Shown: positions 1 to 17,279, numbered from the stretch's first letter. The stretch is 64,000 bases of DNA from the human T2T-CHM13v2.0 reference genome, Homo sapiens (GCF_009914755.1 NC_060938.1); one strand, 5' to 3'. Notes: a model not told the origin generated them from the letters alone. Translations and numbers: made by a program.

Positions 1-484
1 GAATGAAGAGACATAAAAATCATTCATTAAGAAGGAAGAAGATTTTCCTTGCCTAGATTTTCACTTGTAGGATCCAATTAATTTTATCACTTAATATTTT
101 GTCCTGGTGGGCATTCACTTTACAAATTTGTAAGGTCAGTAGAAATGGAAACTTTTGGAAATCAAACTGTAAATGTTCTGTAGACGTTGACAGAAATAGC
201 TATTTGGAGCTGCGCTTTTACCAACTAGACACTCTGAGAAAATCTGTGAGAGGATATTTTCAGGAAGTCATTGAACCCCCTAAAAATCAAGTTTATTGCT
301 TTTACCATAAATATAAATAATTTATTTATTATCAACCACTTTCAATATTCGAATAAGTAACTTTATTGTTTATTTCATTGACATGATCTACATAGACATG
401 CAATTTATCTTCTTTTGCGATACATTCAGAAAATTTGCTGCCTGAAAAAGCCATGTTTTGAAATTACCACCTGTTTGATGATTG

Positions 485-729
485 TTTTTTTATACTTTAA
501 GTTTTAGGGCACATGTGCACAACGTGCAGTTTAGTTACATATGTATACATGTGCCATGTTGGTGTGCTGCACCCATTAACTCGTCATTTAGCATTAGGTA
601 TATCTCCTAATGCTATCCCTACCCCCTCCCCCCACCCCGCAACAGGCCCTGGTGTGTGATGTTCCCCTTCCTGTGTGCATGTGTTCTCATTGTTCAATTC
701 CCACCTATGAGTGAGAACATGCAGTGTTT
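485..729 (-). mobile_element. L1PA (primate LINE-1) 3' UTR fragment, 5'-truncated
   Basis: T-tail followed by TATACTTTAAGTTTTAGGG...CCCACCTATGAGTGAGAACATG, the reverse complement of the L1PA 3' end; no clear TSD. Confidence 0.9.
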
Positions 730-3289
730 CATTTCCACTTAAGTATCTATCTCTATTTGTCCTTTATTTTCACTTCCATCCTAGCTCTATCCCTTGTCTC
801 CTTCGTGTGTCTCAGGATAAGTGCCCTATAACATTTTATACTTCTGGAAACCCTTCAATATAATGTTATTACATGTAAAAATAAAAAGTCTGTTTTAGCG
901 AACTCTTTCTTCACAAATTATCTTTTCCTAGTTCCCTATTAGACAATTTTTGTAGGCTCCATATGCTATTAATTTATATTCACTTTTAGAAGAATTTTCA
1001 TCAAAAGCAAAAGTCTTATGTAAATTGTTTATATGCTATTTGTACTTCTGTGTATATATACACGCATAGCCACATACATATATGTAACTCCAGAGGCCTG
1101 CCTGGACTGTTAAATAACTGTATTGAACAAGAGCAAGAAAAAGCTGTTCAAATTTCAAACAACAAGTTGAACTGAAGAGCTCACATCTTTGAATGAAATA
1201 GACACTAGTAGCCTTTAAAAATTAAACATTTCTACTGTTTTAAAAAATTATAGGCATCATAGTATGAGGAAAAAATGTAATAATCCTTTTTAATTCTTGC
1301 CATTTTATTAACCACGGACTCCTTATGCCCTGACTTCATTGGTACCCCTTTGAGATTAAACAGAACAATTAATTTAAAATTCTGATAAATAAATAAATTG
1401 CACCATTTACTTGAGGTACTCTTTCACCTTTCAAGAAATATTTTGAGAATTCATTAGCTAAATATTGCTATAATGCAGGCTAGTAATAAATAGAAATAAT
1501 GATTTCATTGTAAAGTTTAAACTAATGATGGTATGATCTGGAATTTTTGTTAACCTAGAAGACATAATTAGCTCTACAGGTGAAATGAAAGACAAAATCA
1601 CTTCACATATTAGTAAAAAACAAATAATATAACTTTATAAGCTACTGCTGTTCTTTTGCTGTTAAGAACCAATGACATCTGTAATTAGGGAAGATTATGG
1701 AAAGGTTAAAGGTGAGAATACATGCAGTCTATATACAGGAAACCCAAACTGTTTAGGTTAAGGAAATGTCTGCAAAAGTCATATTAATTAGCAGGTTCAC
1801 AGGAAACTAACATTTATTGTATAAATTCCATGGTCAAATGTATTAGGGCTCCACGCACACAACTGTGCGCCATCTATGTTACCACACAGTGCTTACTTCT
1901 TTCAGTCTTTATTCATTTCTCTCCTAATGGTCTGTATGGTATTATTACATAGTTGTAAAAACCTTCCATGAGGCAGAAATTTCATTTAATGATACAGCTT
2001 CAAAAATAATGAAAACCAGTAGAAACTTTCTATTTTTTTATGAAGCAGAATTATTGAATTTTCAGTTTCATTTATTTAATGTTACAAGAGGACAAACATA
2101 TTTCTTTAATTTCTTCTTGTTATTTTTGTCTAACATCAACCAAAGCCATTTCTTTCATTTGAAGGTGAAAACTGCCCATCAAAATCCAGTTTAAGCTGAG
2201 AAACAAAGAACTAAATTTTTCATGAGACATTATACACTGCATAAATATAAAACAGGACCAGAAACAATGGTAGATTAGCAATTTTTAAAAAGACAAAAGC
2301 AGGTTATCATCAAATCAATTGTTACCAACACCCCAATTCCACCTCTAGGCCAGAAAATTAGCCACTTACCCACGGGAAAACAATGATTGAAGACAAAGTT
2401 CACCAGTGAAAGTTGGTTATTTTTTTCCATCCTTGCATCAACTAAAATGATATCTACAGTTCCTCTTAACACTTTTCTTACTTTCAAATATGTGGGTATG
2501 CTTCATTAGCTGAGGCCATGTTCCATATGTACATCTGGCTACAAGGGAAACTGGGAATGTGAGCCCTGATCCTAATGTTTGTAGAGTATTTAGAAGTTTG
2601 AGAATTCCCTCCAAATAAAGAGTTTTCTAAAACATTGTTAGACAAAAAGTTTGAATTACAAAATATGGTAGTAGCTCAGGTCTAAACCAAATGCAGGGAA
2701 AAAACTATTAACTCTAAAAAAATTAAATACACATTTGATGGTAATGAGAAACAGAAAACAGGCAGAAATAGTAGAATACTCCACTAATGATGAAGTATTT
2801 GACCATTGAATAAAGAAAATTGCAATGATTTAAATTTGCATCAAGGCAACTTCACACCTGATGACGCTTCCCAGTCTGTGCAAAATTAGATGTCTACGAG
2901 TAAAGCGGTGAGTTTTACTAGCTTGAGGAATAAGAGCACAGAGTTCCAGGCTGACAGAAAAGAGGAACTGGGAAATTTGAATGACATGGGAGGACATCTC
3001 ACACAACTGAAAGTCACAGAGGAGAATATCACAGAGTAAAAATCTAAAATCAGCACTTCAACTTCATTCAAATATATGATGGCTGCTACATTTCACATTC
3101 ATAAAAGGAGACTCCATAGAATCCAGCAGAAAACAACAGCTAAATTGCTAGTACAGAGCAGAGATTTCAACCATTGCATATAGCTCAGGAGTGAAAGTTT
3201 GGTGTTTGACTACGGAAAGAAGACTAATGTTAGAAAAGAGTCATTCTTCAAAGGAAAATAAACGAACCTATCTCTACAAAATATCATAC

Positions 3290-6250
<2,961 letters not shown>

Positions 6251-6269
6251 ACTTCAACTTAAAGAGCTA

Positions 6270-6885
6270 TCACCATTCTAATCTGTGATTCTAATGAATT
6301 TGGCTATCTTAGATACTTTATACAAGTGGAATCATACAGTTTGTCCTTCTGTGACTGATTTACTTTACTTAGCATTAATGTCCTCTAGGTTCATCCATGT
6401 TGCATATTGACGGGCTTTCTTGTTTTAAAGCTGAATAATATTCCGTTGTATGAATATACCACATTTTCTTTATCTTTTCATCTGCCAATAGACATTAACC
6501 TTATTCCCACATTTTAATTAGTGTAAATAATGCTGCAATGAGCCTGAGAATCATCCCAATCTCCATTCTTTAAGATAAATAACCTGAAGTGAGACTACTA
6601 GATCATATGCTAGTTCTACTTTCTTAATTTATTTGAGGAACCACCGTACTGTTTTCCATAGAGGATGCACAGTTTTACTTTCCCAGAAACACTGTAGAAG
6701 TGTTCCAATTTCTCCCCATTGTTAACACTCGTTATCTTTTTCTTTTAATAAGACCATTCTAAAGGGCTTGAGGCAATATCTCTTTGTGGTTTTGATTTGC
6801 ATTTCCCTGATTAGTGATGCTGAGCATTTTTTTCATGTATCTGTTGGTCATGTGGATATTTTCTTTGGAGAAATATCTATTGCTG
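6270..6885 (-). mobile_element. Old L1MA/L1MB 3' fragment inserted antisense into the L1M
   Basis: AAGTGGAATCATACAG...TCTAGGTTCATCCATGTTG...GATTTGCATTTCCCTGAT, reverse complement of the L1M 3' end. Confidence 0.75.
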
Positions 6886-6889
6886 ATTT

Positions 6890-7082
6890 AAAAAAAAAAA
6901 AACTCTCAGCAAGCTAGATAAAGAAATTTTCTCGAAGTGATGGAAAGCATCCACAACAAAACATATAAACAATACTATATTTAATGGTGAAAGCGTAAAT
7001 GTTTAAACCACATAGATTAGGACAAGAAAGGGATGTGTGTGTTCATCACCTCTATTCAACATTGTACTGGTGATCCTAGATT
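6890..7082 (+). mobile_element. L1M ORF2 remnant (continuation of the 3290-6250 element)
   Basis: AAAACTCTCAGCAAGCTAG...CCTCTATTCAACATTGTACTGG (degenerate L1 RT 'PLLFNIVL' region). Confidence 0.65.
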
Positions 7083-8079
7083 TTGAGTATAAATATTTAG
7101 GGGACAACTATTGTCACTGAAGCCCAAATCTTGGTCATCCTCAGAAAAAAAAAAAAGTTGATTAGGTTGTATATAATCTAATTTTACTTGCTAATTTAAT
7201 TTCTCTAAAATTGCAGCTTGTATCAACTCTAGAATTTATTGGGCACCTCCTAGGACATAAACACTGGAATTTGGTGAGAGACGTCAAATAGGAAAGAACC
7301 TGGCTCTGACATAAATTCAACACACGGAGGGGGACACATATTATGAGACTGACCTGGCCTCTTCATCTCATAAAAGGGGTTCTTGTTGCTTGTAACACAG
7401 ATTAAAACTATTTCAATTACATTCAAGATAAAAAGATTAACAATGGTATGTAAGATGAAAAAATCACCCCGCAGGAAGACGAAAGTCTCACAAAAGGATA
7501 TTTAAGCTAGCCAACACTTTGAAATTCAGGCAGAGATCGTGATTTCTGGGTGAACTAAAGTAGCAAGAACAAAGTAGAGGCTCCAATTCTAGGAAAAATG
7601 GGTCCTAATAAGGTTTACAATCCAGAAACTCAAGATATCCAGACAGAAGGATGCAGTCTCAGCTTTCAAGGCAGCAGCAGTACCTGGATTACTAAGCCAA
7701 TCCCCAACACAATCATAAACACAAATTTGATTGAGGAAGAAGCTTGCCCACCAGAAGATTTAGGTTATTACAAGGTAGAATGTGATAGAGAAAATGAGCA
7801 TGGGACTGGAAAGAAAAGGAGGTAGCCCCATGATTACAACTGGAATATATGTGTCAGCGATGGTGCGGAAATAAGACTGAAGAGAGAGATCCTTAAACCC
7901 CACGTGCCTTACATCAGGACTAATCCTGGACACAGGCTGGAAAGCATAGCCTACAGGTGGTGAGGCAGGAGGAGTGGGCTCAGCTGTGAGAAGGAGAAGG
8001 AAATATGGCTGAAAACTAGATAGGGGTCTTGAAATCACACCGAGGATTTGGGCCTTTGCTGCTGTCTGCCAGCAGCTGC

Positions 8080-8321
8080 CAGTAGTTCTCACACTTTGGC
8101 TGGCAACAAAATCACCTGGGGCAGTGGTGCGGAAGCGGGGGGAGTGTTGTAAAACCACAAGTGACCAGGCAAAAAACACCTGTATGTTTTCCAATTCAGT
8201 AAGTACAGAAATATTAATTGGAAAAAGGTGGAGGTCAGACATTGATAGTGCTGTGGACTGCTCCAGGGACGTAAGCATGATCTTTAGAGAGGTGACTCTA
8301 ATCAATTGAGGGCAACCACTG
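8080..8321. mobile_element. MER5A-like hAT-Charlie MITE
   Basis: Starts CAGTAGTTCTCACACTTT..AAAATCACCTGG and ends CAACCACTG, resembling MER5 terminal inverted repeats. Confidence 0.55.
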
Positions 8322-9315
8322 GACAGAAAGAGGTCCAGACCAACCATACACAGAGACATCATACAACTACACTTTAGCAACCTCTCCAAATAACATGTCT
8401 CTTAGTGAAACTTGGGAGGTTGAAAGTTAAAAACATAAAATCCAGTGGCATTTATGTATCCTAGGCACTTACATTTGTCTGATTCTTCCAACTTGCCTTT
8501 GCTTGGTTAGAGTTTTGGGTAGATAAGAGGTGGATTTACATGTGCTAGTGTGAGAACTTTGATACACTCATTTAGACATTGACCTACTATCTTGTTTGAA
8601 AGCTAAAACCCAAAGAAATTTGTCTTTTTACATAAAACAAATTCAGCCCTTGCCTTCCTTGTAGATTACATCTTCCACTAGCAGTAATAAAAAAGTAACA
8701 ATATGCATAAGTCAAAGTATCTTCTTAGATCCTCTGTAGTGTTTTATTATTTAGTTGTGTTAATTAAAGTAACTGTCTCAAAATTTCAAGGAATGCCTGA
8801 GAAGAAATTCATGTTCAAAGGCTGCCCTCTTGTGACAATGTGTTGTATGCTTTACTGTAAAAGTAACCTTATTTTACCTTATAACCTCTACAATCCAATT
8901 CATAACAGCATAAAAAGGAAACAAAACCTTACATAATTTTGAATTTTAAAAAGTACCTTGTTTATATGGCTCCTTTAGCTAATGAATAGTCAATTTGGTA
9001 AATATTCCAGTGAGTTGAAGGTTTGAATCTATCTCACTTAACTAGCTTGATGAATGTATTTCTAAACCTATACAACCCACTCCTCTGCTTTTAAAAAATT
9101 AAAGTTAGCTGTAGATTGAGATGTCAGTGACACAGTTTATAGAACATAACTTAGATTGTCATCTACATTACTGTAACTACAAATACCACCCTCAGATGGA
9201 AGAATAAGTTTTATCAGTGAACATCTCTAATTGAACTATAAATGGTGTATGTCTTCTGGTTTTTACAAGCTCTTGGTCTAACACAGGGGATATATGATGT
9301 AAAAATTACAAAGCA

Positions 9316-9883
<568 letters not shown>

Positions 9884-10199
9884 TCATATAAGGTAAAATG
9901 AGTTTTTTCCAGGTTAGAAAATATCCACTCCCTACCCTCCTACATTCCTTTCCCATGGTTAAGAAGAGGAAAAAACAAAGGCCTCTTGGTGAGCAGTGGT
10001 GACTTAGGCAGTTTCTTAGAAATATTCTAGAAGGCATAGTCATCTTTTAAAAAAAAAATAGCTACAAGGATATGTCTAAGCAGAAGGGTCCATGGGCCAA
10101 ATTACGTGTAGATTTTTGCATTCCAAATATGGTAAAGAAGAAGCAGGAAGCTGGGGCTCCTTAACAGGTCACACAGAAATGGACAAGGAAGAGGCCAGC

Positions 10200-10680
10200 A
10201 GCAGCTTGTGGGGACAAGATGTCAAGCCCCAAATGTTAAACCCACCAACCATCCTCCAAATTCTGGCTCTGTTTAACAAGGCTGTGGTCTGACACTACAT
10301 GCCGCCTCAGTGACTAAAGCATAATTTCCCGTCTCCTGGGAGTGTTGACAGCTGACTCCTGGCAACAATACTCACAGCACAGTAAAGTTCCTTCATCCAA
10401 GTTCATGTCCCTTCTCAAGGCATCCCACATCCGAGAACTGCTTGGTACAGAAATATAATGGCCTGGTTTTCTTGCTCCAATTCGAGGTCTTTAGGTAAAC
10501 TCACCAAGATCTTGTAGAGTGGACTGCGGCCATGATAGTGATTGCATTCCAGCCGACTTCCTGCTCCACCCAATCCTATTGCTTTCACTCTTCCACAGGT
10601 GTTGGGAATATCATTTCAACCTCCTTGCATGCAAATCTCCAACTCGGAGTCGGCTTCCTAGGACACCTGACTGGTGATAT
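10200..10680 (+). mobile_element. LTR16-like (ERVL) solo LTR
   Basis: 3' end CCTTGCATGCAAATCTCCAACTCGGAGTCGGCTTCCTAGGACACCTGAC resembles the LTR16 terminus; start approximate. Confidence 0.5.
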
Positions 10681-11989
10681 CTCTATCACTATCACAGTAC
10701 TTAGAGGGGAGCATCTTAAAATGATTGAAGGCTAACTGCCCTAACAGCACAGACAGATGATGGCTTAAAATAGAATTTAAGTGGATTTAAAAAAACATGA
10801 AAAAAGTTGACATTGCACGCTCATATGAGCTTATGGATCAAACCATGTGTATGATTTCTAAGATCCCTCGTGCAGTATATATTTGCACTGTTTATAAATG
10901 ACATCCCCTTGAATTGAATTCAGTGCAATTCAAAACAGTAATTTGTGGGAAAAATTAGATATGCAGATAGCCTGGACTCTAGAGAAGCACACATCATTTG
11001 GAGAATAATAGTGAACCGGCTAGTCTATGAGGGAAGAAAACAGAGTGAATATAGACTATTAGTGAACAAGGATATTTTCCCATGTATATTCAAATTAAGG
11101 TGAACTTCTTTAGAGAATTGTGCCTTAGAAAGAAAAAGTATTTCCCTGTATTTGAGTCCTCACAAGTTTTCCTACGATGAGTGCTTTTGTGATTATTTTG
11201 AATAACAAAGTAATATTTAAAGAAACTCTCTTGCCCTGAATGTACTTTAATTTATGTCAATTGATGTTGCATATAGAGATCATCAGAGTCAAGCTACAAG
11301 AAAAAGAGGAACATAACTTAGCAAAGACTTAGAGGATTAGTCCTAATAGTGTGAAATCAAAATTTCAAGTGAGGGAATAAATGCAGCTTTTAATGATTAC
11401 TTAAATGAAGTTTAACTCTAGCAGGATCTACAAGAAATTGGCAACCTTTGGCTTCAGTAACAGAAACTCAGGATATATGCCCTTCAGTGAGTTTGCATTC
11501 TGCATCATACTGAGAGACACTCCTTTAAACAGCAATAAGAAACTTCCTGTGACAACATAATAAATTCAAAAAGTTCTGTAACTCAGACAGTTTAGATAGA
11601 AGTGATAACTTTGGCCTATAAAGCCCTGTTCACCCTAAAGATGGATTAAACAATGAAAAAGATATTGATATCAAAAGTTCAATCAGTAATTTGATTAAAG
11701 CATTTCATTAAATGTGATAATTTCTTAGTATATTATCTTACATATGCAATATTCATGTGTAACAAATTATATACAAGTAAACATTTGACCATATTATCTG
11801 CAGCATAATTTACATATCAATTTACATATTCAGTTTTGCTCACATGAAAACTTGGATCTTCTCAATAAGAAAATTTGTGAAATCTTTAATTCCTCATCCC
11901 CAGGAATGTAAATAAATAAATATAAATACTGTAAGTCAGTGATTTTTTCCTAGGAAGACAGTAAAAATACTTTACACGCCTTCTCATTG

Positions 11990-12487
11990 TAAACCTAAAT
12001 AACAAACAGAGAAAGGCTCTCTAAAGGAAAAAGACACATCTTAGGGAGGAGGGCACTGCAATGGGAATATGCATGACAAAGCAAACTATATAGATTCAAA
12101 TGGTAAAGGAAGACAAGGACTTTAAAAGAAAAATGATCAACCTGGAAGTATGGGGGAGTAGAAAAAAATAAATAAGGGAAAATGAAGAGGCTTCTATAAT
12201 TGTTTTGATATAGTTACCTTTGACTATAAAGATCAACAACAAGGTCAATATCAGTTGAAGTTTGGGCAGGCGGTTGCTGGATAGATGTCCTCACAGAAGT
12301 GTATTTTGTGTAAGGTTGCTATGGCCTTTGTGCAAGGTTGTGGTTTTTGTGGTATTTTGTAATAGTTTTTATCAGGCCTAGAAGCATGAGAACCCTCTCT
12401 TCAAGGCCTTCTCTGAATCTATTTGTTCAGGTTTCTTCTTCTCTTTTTAAACATTAGTGACAGTTTTGATTCTGATAACTTTCATAT
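11990..12487 (-). mobile_element. MER31-like ERV1 solo LTR
   Basis: Minus strand begins TATGAAAGTTATCAGAATCAAAACTGTCACTAATGTT and includes GAAGGCCTTGAAGAGAGGGTTCTCATGC, matching the recalled MER31 start. Confidence 0.6.
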
Positions 12488-12744
12488 CATGATCCCTAAT
12501 TTCAAAAAAAATTAAACGTGTAACTTATTTATGATGTATTTGATAGGCTTGGATTTGTGAATCACCTCTACTATCTATAGTGGTAGATATATCTGAGCCT
12601 GCTTACACAGGACTTCCATCAGATTCTCTCTTCAGTGGAATTGGAAGAGGGGGTTTTGGAGAAGGGAATGAAGGAATTGTGCTGCATCAGAGGTCCCCAC
12701 CTAACAGCACAGGGTCTTTTTCTGTGCTCTTGCCAGGCCGTTGT

Positions 12745-12790
12745 ATTGGCTGATGCAAAAGTAATTTTGGTTTTGTCATTGAAAGTAATG
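12745..12790. mobile_element. MADE1 (Tc1/mariner MITE) half element
   Basis: TTGGCTGATGCAAAAGTAATTTTGGTTTTGTCATTGAAAGTAATG resembles one Hsmar1/MADE1 TIR plus spacer. Confidence 0.55.
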
Positions 12791-13204
12791 AGACCATCTG
12801 ACTTACAATGTCTGTGCCATAACCAGCTCCTAATAGCCTCCGAGGACAGCTTTGCCCTGACATATACTGTCCTGGGACCACGTCTGCTTTGTAACTCCTG
12901 AGGTAGCTGCCACCATGACCAATGCCTTCTCATCTTTACTCTACATGCAGGTAACAGTTATAATTATATCTCTGTGTATTCACAGAACATTTAGTACATC
13001 TGGGACTTCTACAAAATTTCCCTAGCTGATTTTGGTGTTCTGGGGTACTGGCAGCTCTAGCCATGAAGGGATGATGCTTTATCAGCATTTCTGTTGAGTT
13101 TTTTGCTTTTTCTCAAAAACTGATTCCACTTTTCCCACATACGTTTGACAATTCATTTGAACTCATTTATTCTAAACCCATTATTTCTGGTCTATTATTT
13201 AATA

Positions 13205-13365
13205 GGAAGGGAGGCGAGGGATAAAAGATTACAAATAGGGTGCAGTGTACACTGCTCGGGTGATGGGTGCACCCAAATCTCACAAATCTCCAGTAAAGAA
13301 CTTACCCATGGAACCAAATACCACCGTACCCCAATAACCTATGGAAAAAAATAAAAAATAAAGTA
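13205..13365 (+). mobile_element. L1PB 3' end fragment
   Basis: AGGGATAAAAGATTACAAATAGGGTGCAGTGTACACTGCTCGGGTGATGGGTGCACC...AACCTATGGAAA plus A-tail. Confidence 0.8.
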
Positions 13366-13719
13366 AAAAAGAGTCAGAAAGAAAGAAAATAATCACTGTA
13401 CTTCCCAAGACACTTAGAAATGGTGACTAGCATTATTTGTAAGTGTCACCTAATAATATTATTATTTTTTCTTTATGCTACAAACTAGCTCTGATATTAC
13501 AATCACTACTATTTGAAGTGTTACTAAATTAAATTAAATGTATTGTATCCTTCTGGACTCAGAAATGGGGGTAAATGCTAAGACAATTTCAGAATATGAT
13601 CACATATTAAAAGCATATTATATGGGGAAAATTTGATTTTTAAAAAATAGAAATTGGTAGAGAAACAATTTTTGGGTCTTTAATGTACGCACATTTTGCA
13701 AGTATGGACGCTGAATTTA

Positions 13720-13965
13720 TTGTTCCAAATGATTGTTTTCAAGCATGTTTGTATAGAAAACAGCCTTGGAATAGAAAACCAGTACCTCCTTCTGGAACAA
13801 AGGAAAAGTTTATTTACTGTCTAGTATAATGCAGATAATTTCTCCCTCTTGGGAAGCATACAGCCAAGTGAACTTCCAATAACACAAGTTGGGGTTTCTT
13901 GAGCTTGGGTTTTTCTTCCACAGTGTAATGTGCAGGTGCCACTTGGCTCTCTTTGTGTTATCCTG
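13720..13965 (+). mobile_element. Old LTR fragment (MER21/MER77-like)
   Basis: ATGTTTGTATAGAAAACAGCCTTGGAA...TGTGCAGGTGCCACTTGGC resembles MER21-group LTRs. Confidence 0.4.
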
Positions 13966-13974
13966 CGAAAGCTG

Positions 13975-14767
13975 ATGGCTATAGGTGCATGTGTTTATTT
14001 TGGGTTTCTCTATTATGTTTCATTGGTCTTTGTGTCTGTTTTCATATCAGTACCATGTTATTTTGTCTACTGTGGCCTTAGGGTATAGTATGAAGTCAAG
14101 TAATGTGATGTCTCCAGCTTTGTTCTTCTTGCTTAGATTTCCTTTGGTTGTCTGGGCTCTTTAAAAATCCATATGAAATTTAGAATATTTTTTTTTTCTG
14201 ATTCTGTGAAAAACGACATTGGTTGTTTCATAGGAATAGTGTTGAATGTGTAGATTGCTTTTGGCAGTATAGCCATTTTAACAATATTGATCTTTCTAAT
14301 CCATGAGCATGGAATGGTTTTCCATTTGTTTCGAGATCTATGATTTCTTTCTGCAGTGTTTTGTAGTTCTCCTTTTAGATATCCTTTACCTCCTTGGTTA
14401 GACATATTCTTCCTTTATTTTATTTTATTTTGGGGGTTGCTGTTGTAAACAGGATTGCACTCTTGATTTACCTTTCAGTTTAAACATTTTTGGTGAACAG
14501 AAATGCTACTTCTTTTTATATGTTGTTTTTTTTTTATCCTGAAAGTTTGCTGAAGTTTTTTTTATCAGTTCTAGGAGCCTTTTGGCACAGTCTTTAGGGA
14601 TTTCTAGGTGTAGAATCATATCATCAGTGAAGAGAGATAATTTGACTTCATTTCCTATTTGGATGCTTTTTATCGCTTTCTCTTGCCTGCTTGCTCTGAC
14701 TAGGACTTGTTAAACAGGAGTGGGGAGAACAGGCATCCCTATTTTATTCCTGTTCATAAGGGGAATG
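13975..14767 (-). mobile_element. L1 (L1PB/old L1PA) ORF2 fragment
   Basis: ORF 14133-14405(-) encodes [22 protein letters not shown] (L1 ORF2p); interrupted at 14767 by LTR14A. Confidence 0.85.
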
Positions 14768-15054
14768 TGTTGGGAGAAAAGCTGAGTGTTGGAAGACAAG
14801 CTGAGGCAGGGCCATATGTTTCTCATTCACTTGATACACCATTTCCTTTCAACCCCCACATCCTCACCACCTGTTTCTTTGTTTGAGCACCAACAAATAG
14901 CGTGGGCTCCCAGAGCTTGGGGACTTTGCAGACTCCATACTCGTGATGGTCTCCTGGTCCCACTTTCTCTCTCAAACTGTCTTTTTCTCATTCCTTTGAC
15001 TCTGCCGGACTTCATCACCCCCATGACCAAGTGTTGGGTCTGATCACCCCAACA
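14768..15054 (+). mobile_element. 5' LTR of HERV-K(HML-1)/HERVK14 (LTR14A-like)
   Basis: TGTTGGGAGAAAAGCTGAG...TGATCACCCCAACA with TG..CA termini, followed by a Lys PBS. Confidence 0.8.
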
Positions 15055-15058
15055 TTCC

Positions 15059-15076
15059 TGGCGCCCAACATAGGGT
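15059..15076 (+). promoter_or_regulatory. Retroviral primer-binding site, tRNA-Lys type
   Basis: TGGCGCCCAACATAGGGT, close to TGGCGCCCAACGTGGGGC, 4 nt after the LTR. Confidence 0.85.
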
Positions 15077-15156
15077 GACAAAGACCCGGTGAAGGAAGGC
15101 TAGAGCATATGAAAGCAGAGGACACATCATCAAAAGACACCCGAGGACATACAAAG

Positions 15157-16832
15157 ATGGGGAGTGAAAGTTAGTACTTAGAATTTGTTATTACTCTTTA
15201 GTACAGTAAAGCAGTTTTGCCCATGGTTTCCAGAACAAAGGACTATGCAGTTGGATGAATGGGAGAGAATTGGAAGAGATTTTTAATAGGCATATAAAGA
15301 TGGAGCAGAAATTCCAGTTTATATATGGTCAGTGTGGGCACTAATAAAGGCAGCCCTTGAGCCATTTCAAACAGATGATGAGGCAGATTCAGATGAGGAA
15401 GAGGAGGATGAGTGTAAAAAACTAACTTCAAATTCTGAGTGTGAGGAGCAGCTACCGGAGGAGATTAAAGAAAAGAAAGAAAAACTTTAAAAAGTATGTT
15501 TTACTAGCCCGTTGGCTCCACCTGCTGAATTAAGTGAATGGCCACCTCCTCTCTCTCCCCTAAATGGGTGAGAAAATAAATTAGCTGAAAAACTTACTGC
15601 TCCTGTAGTTACAACATTAAAACCTGGAGCAGTTGGTGGTGCTAGACAAAATTCTATTCAAAAAGCTAAAGCCAAGGGAGACCTTGAAGCATGGTAATTT
15701 CCCGTTACTATAATCCAGCAAGTAGGACAGAATATAGCTAATTAGCCTGCTTTTTCTTCTAAGTTACTAAAGAATTTAAGCAAGCCATTAGTCAATATGG
15801 ACTGAACTGTCTTTTTGTGCAATCTTTATTAAAAAATATGGCTCTTGATAATACATTACTACCATATAATTAGGATACTTTGACAAAACCTGTTCTCACT
15901 CCCATCTCAGTACTTGCAGTTTAAAACTTGGTAGGCTGATGAACTCAAACTCAGGCAAAAGAAAACACACACGTGCAGCCACCTGTGCCTGTTTTCTTTG
16001 ATCAGTTAATATGAGTTGGTCCTAACTGGGGTTGATTAGAGAATCAAGCAGTAATGGAAGATGTTGCCATTATTCAGCTGTGCTTCATGTGCTTACATGC
16101 ATAGAAAAGGATAAATGTTACAGGGGAAAAGTATCCTTATTTAAGTTCTGTCTGACAAGGACCTAAAGAACCATATATTAATTCTATTGCTCAGCTCCAA
16201 GAGGCTGTGTATAAAGCCGTAAATGATCAAAACAGCTCAGGATGTTGTAATACAGCTTCTTGCATACAATAATGCTAATGCAGAGTGTCAAACTGCTATT
16301 AGATATCTGAGAGAGAAGGCTCATTTAACTAAATATATTAAGTCTTGCGATGGCATTGGAGGTAACTTACATAAGGCTATTCTTTTAGCTCAGGCTATGG
16401 CTAGATTAAGAGTAAGAAAAAATATGCTTCATTTCTCAGGCTCTTGCCTTAATTGTGGGCAAATTGGACACAAGAAAGGAATGTAGAAAGGAATTCAAAA
16501 GACGAAAACTACTACCATGAATCAACAGAAAAGACCCAGTGTATGTCCCTGGTGTAAGAAAGGCAATCACTAGGCAAGTCCGTGTCATTCTAAATTTAGC
16601 AAAGATAGACAACCTCTTTGAGGAAATAGGAAGAGGGACCCGCCTCAAGCCCCTCAACAAACTGAGGCATACCCAGCACAGCCACTGCCCTTACAAATGT
16701 ACAGCAATTGTCCCCCGCCTCAGCAAGCAGTGCTGCTGTAGACCTCTACAGCACAATTCCCATCTCCTTACTTCCTGGGGAGCCACGAAAGAAGGTCCCC
16801 ACAGGAGTTAGGGCACCCTTACCCTGAGGAAC
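15157..16832 (+). pseudogene. gag: HERV-K(HML-1) gag and start of pro (dUTPase), disrupted
   Basis: ORF 16223-16486 has the capsid C-terminus (LLAYNNANAECQTAI) and a zinc knuckle (CLNCGQIGH); dUTPase KVPTGVRAPLP at ~16790-16830; many stops and frameshifts. Confidence 0.85.
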
Positions 16833-17279
16833 TGTTGGGAACAAGCCCCCACAAATCCGGCCATAAACTGGCCCCAAAACTGGCCATAAACAAAATCTCT
16901 GCAGCACTGTGACATGTTCTTGATGGCCATAACACCCACGCTGGAAGGTTGTGGGTTTACCAGAATGAGGACAAGGAATACCTGGCCCGTCCAGGGTGGA
17001 AAACCACTTAAAGGCATTCTTAAGCCACAAACAATAGCATGAGTGATCTGTGCCTTAAGAATAAGGGATACTTTTAGTTAATCTAATATCTATAGAAACA
17101 ATGCTAATGACTGGCTTGCTGTTAATAAATACGTGGGTAAATCTCTGTTCAGGGCTCTCAGCTCTGAAGGCTGTGAGACCCCTGATTTCCCACTTCACAC
17201 CTCTATATTTCAGTGTGTGTGTCTTTAATTCCTCTAGTGCTGCTGGGTTAGGGTCTCCCCAACCGACCTGGTCTCAGCA
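16833..17279 (+). mobile_element. MER9 LTR (5' LTR of HERV-K(HML-3)/HERVK9)
   Basis: TGTTGGGAACAAGCCCCC..GGCCATAAACTGGCCCCAAAACTGGCC...AATAAA...GGTCTCAGCA; followed by a PBS and HML-3 gag. Confidence 0.9.

Noticed and set aside
7760-8389. 209-aa minus-strand ORF as a novel gene
   Set aside because: No recognisable domain, it overlaps a MER5-like MITE, and no promoter or exon context is visible; likely a chance ORF.
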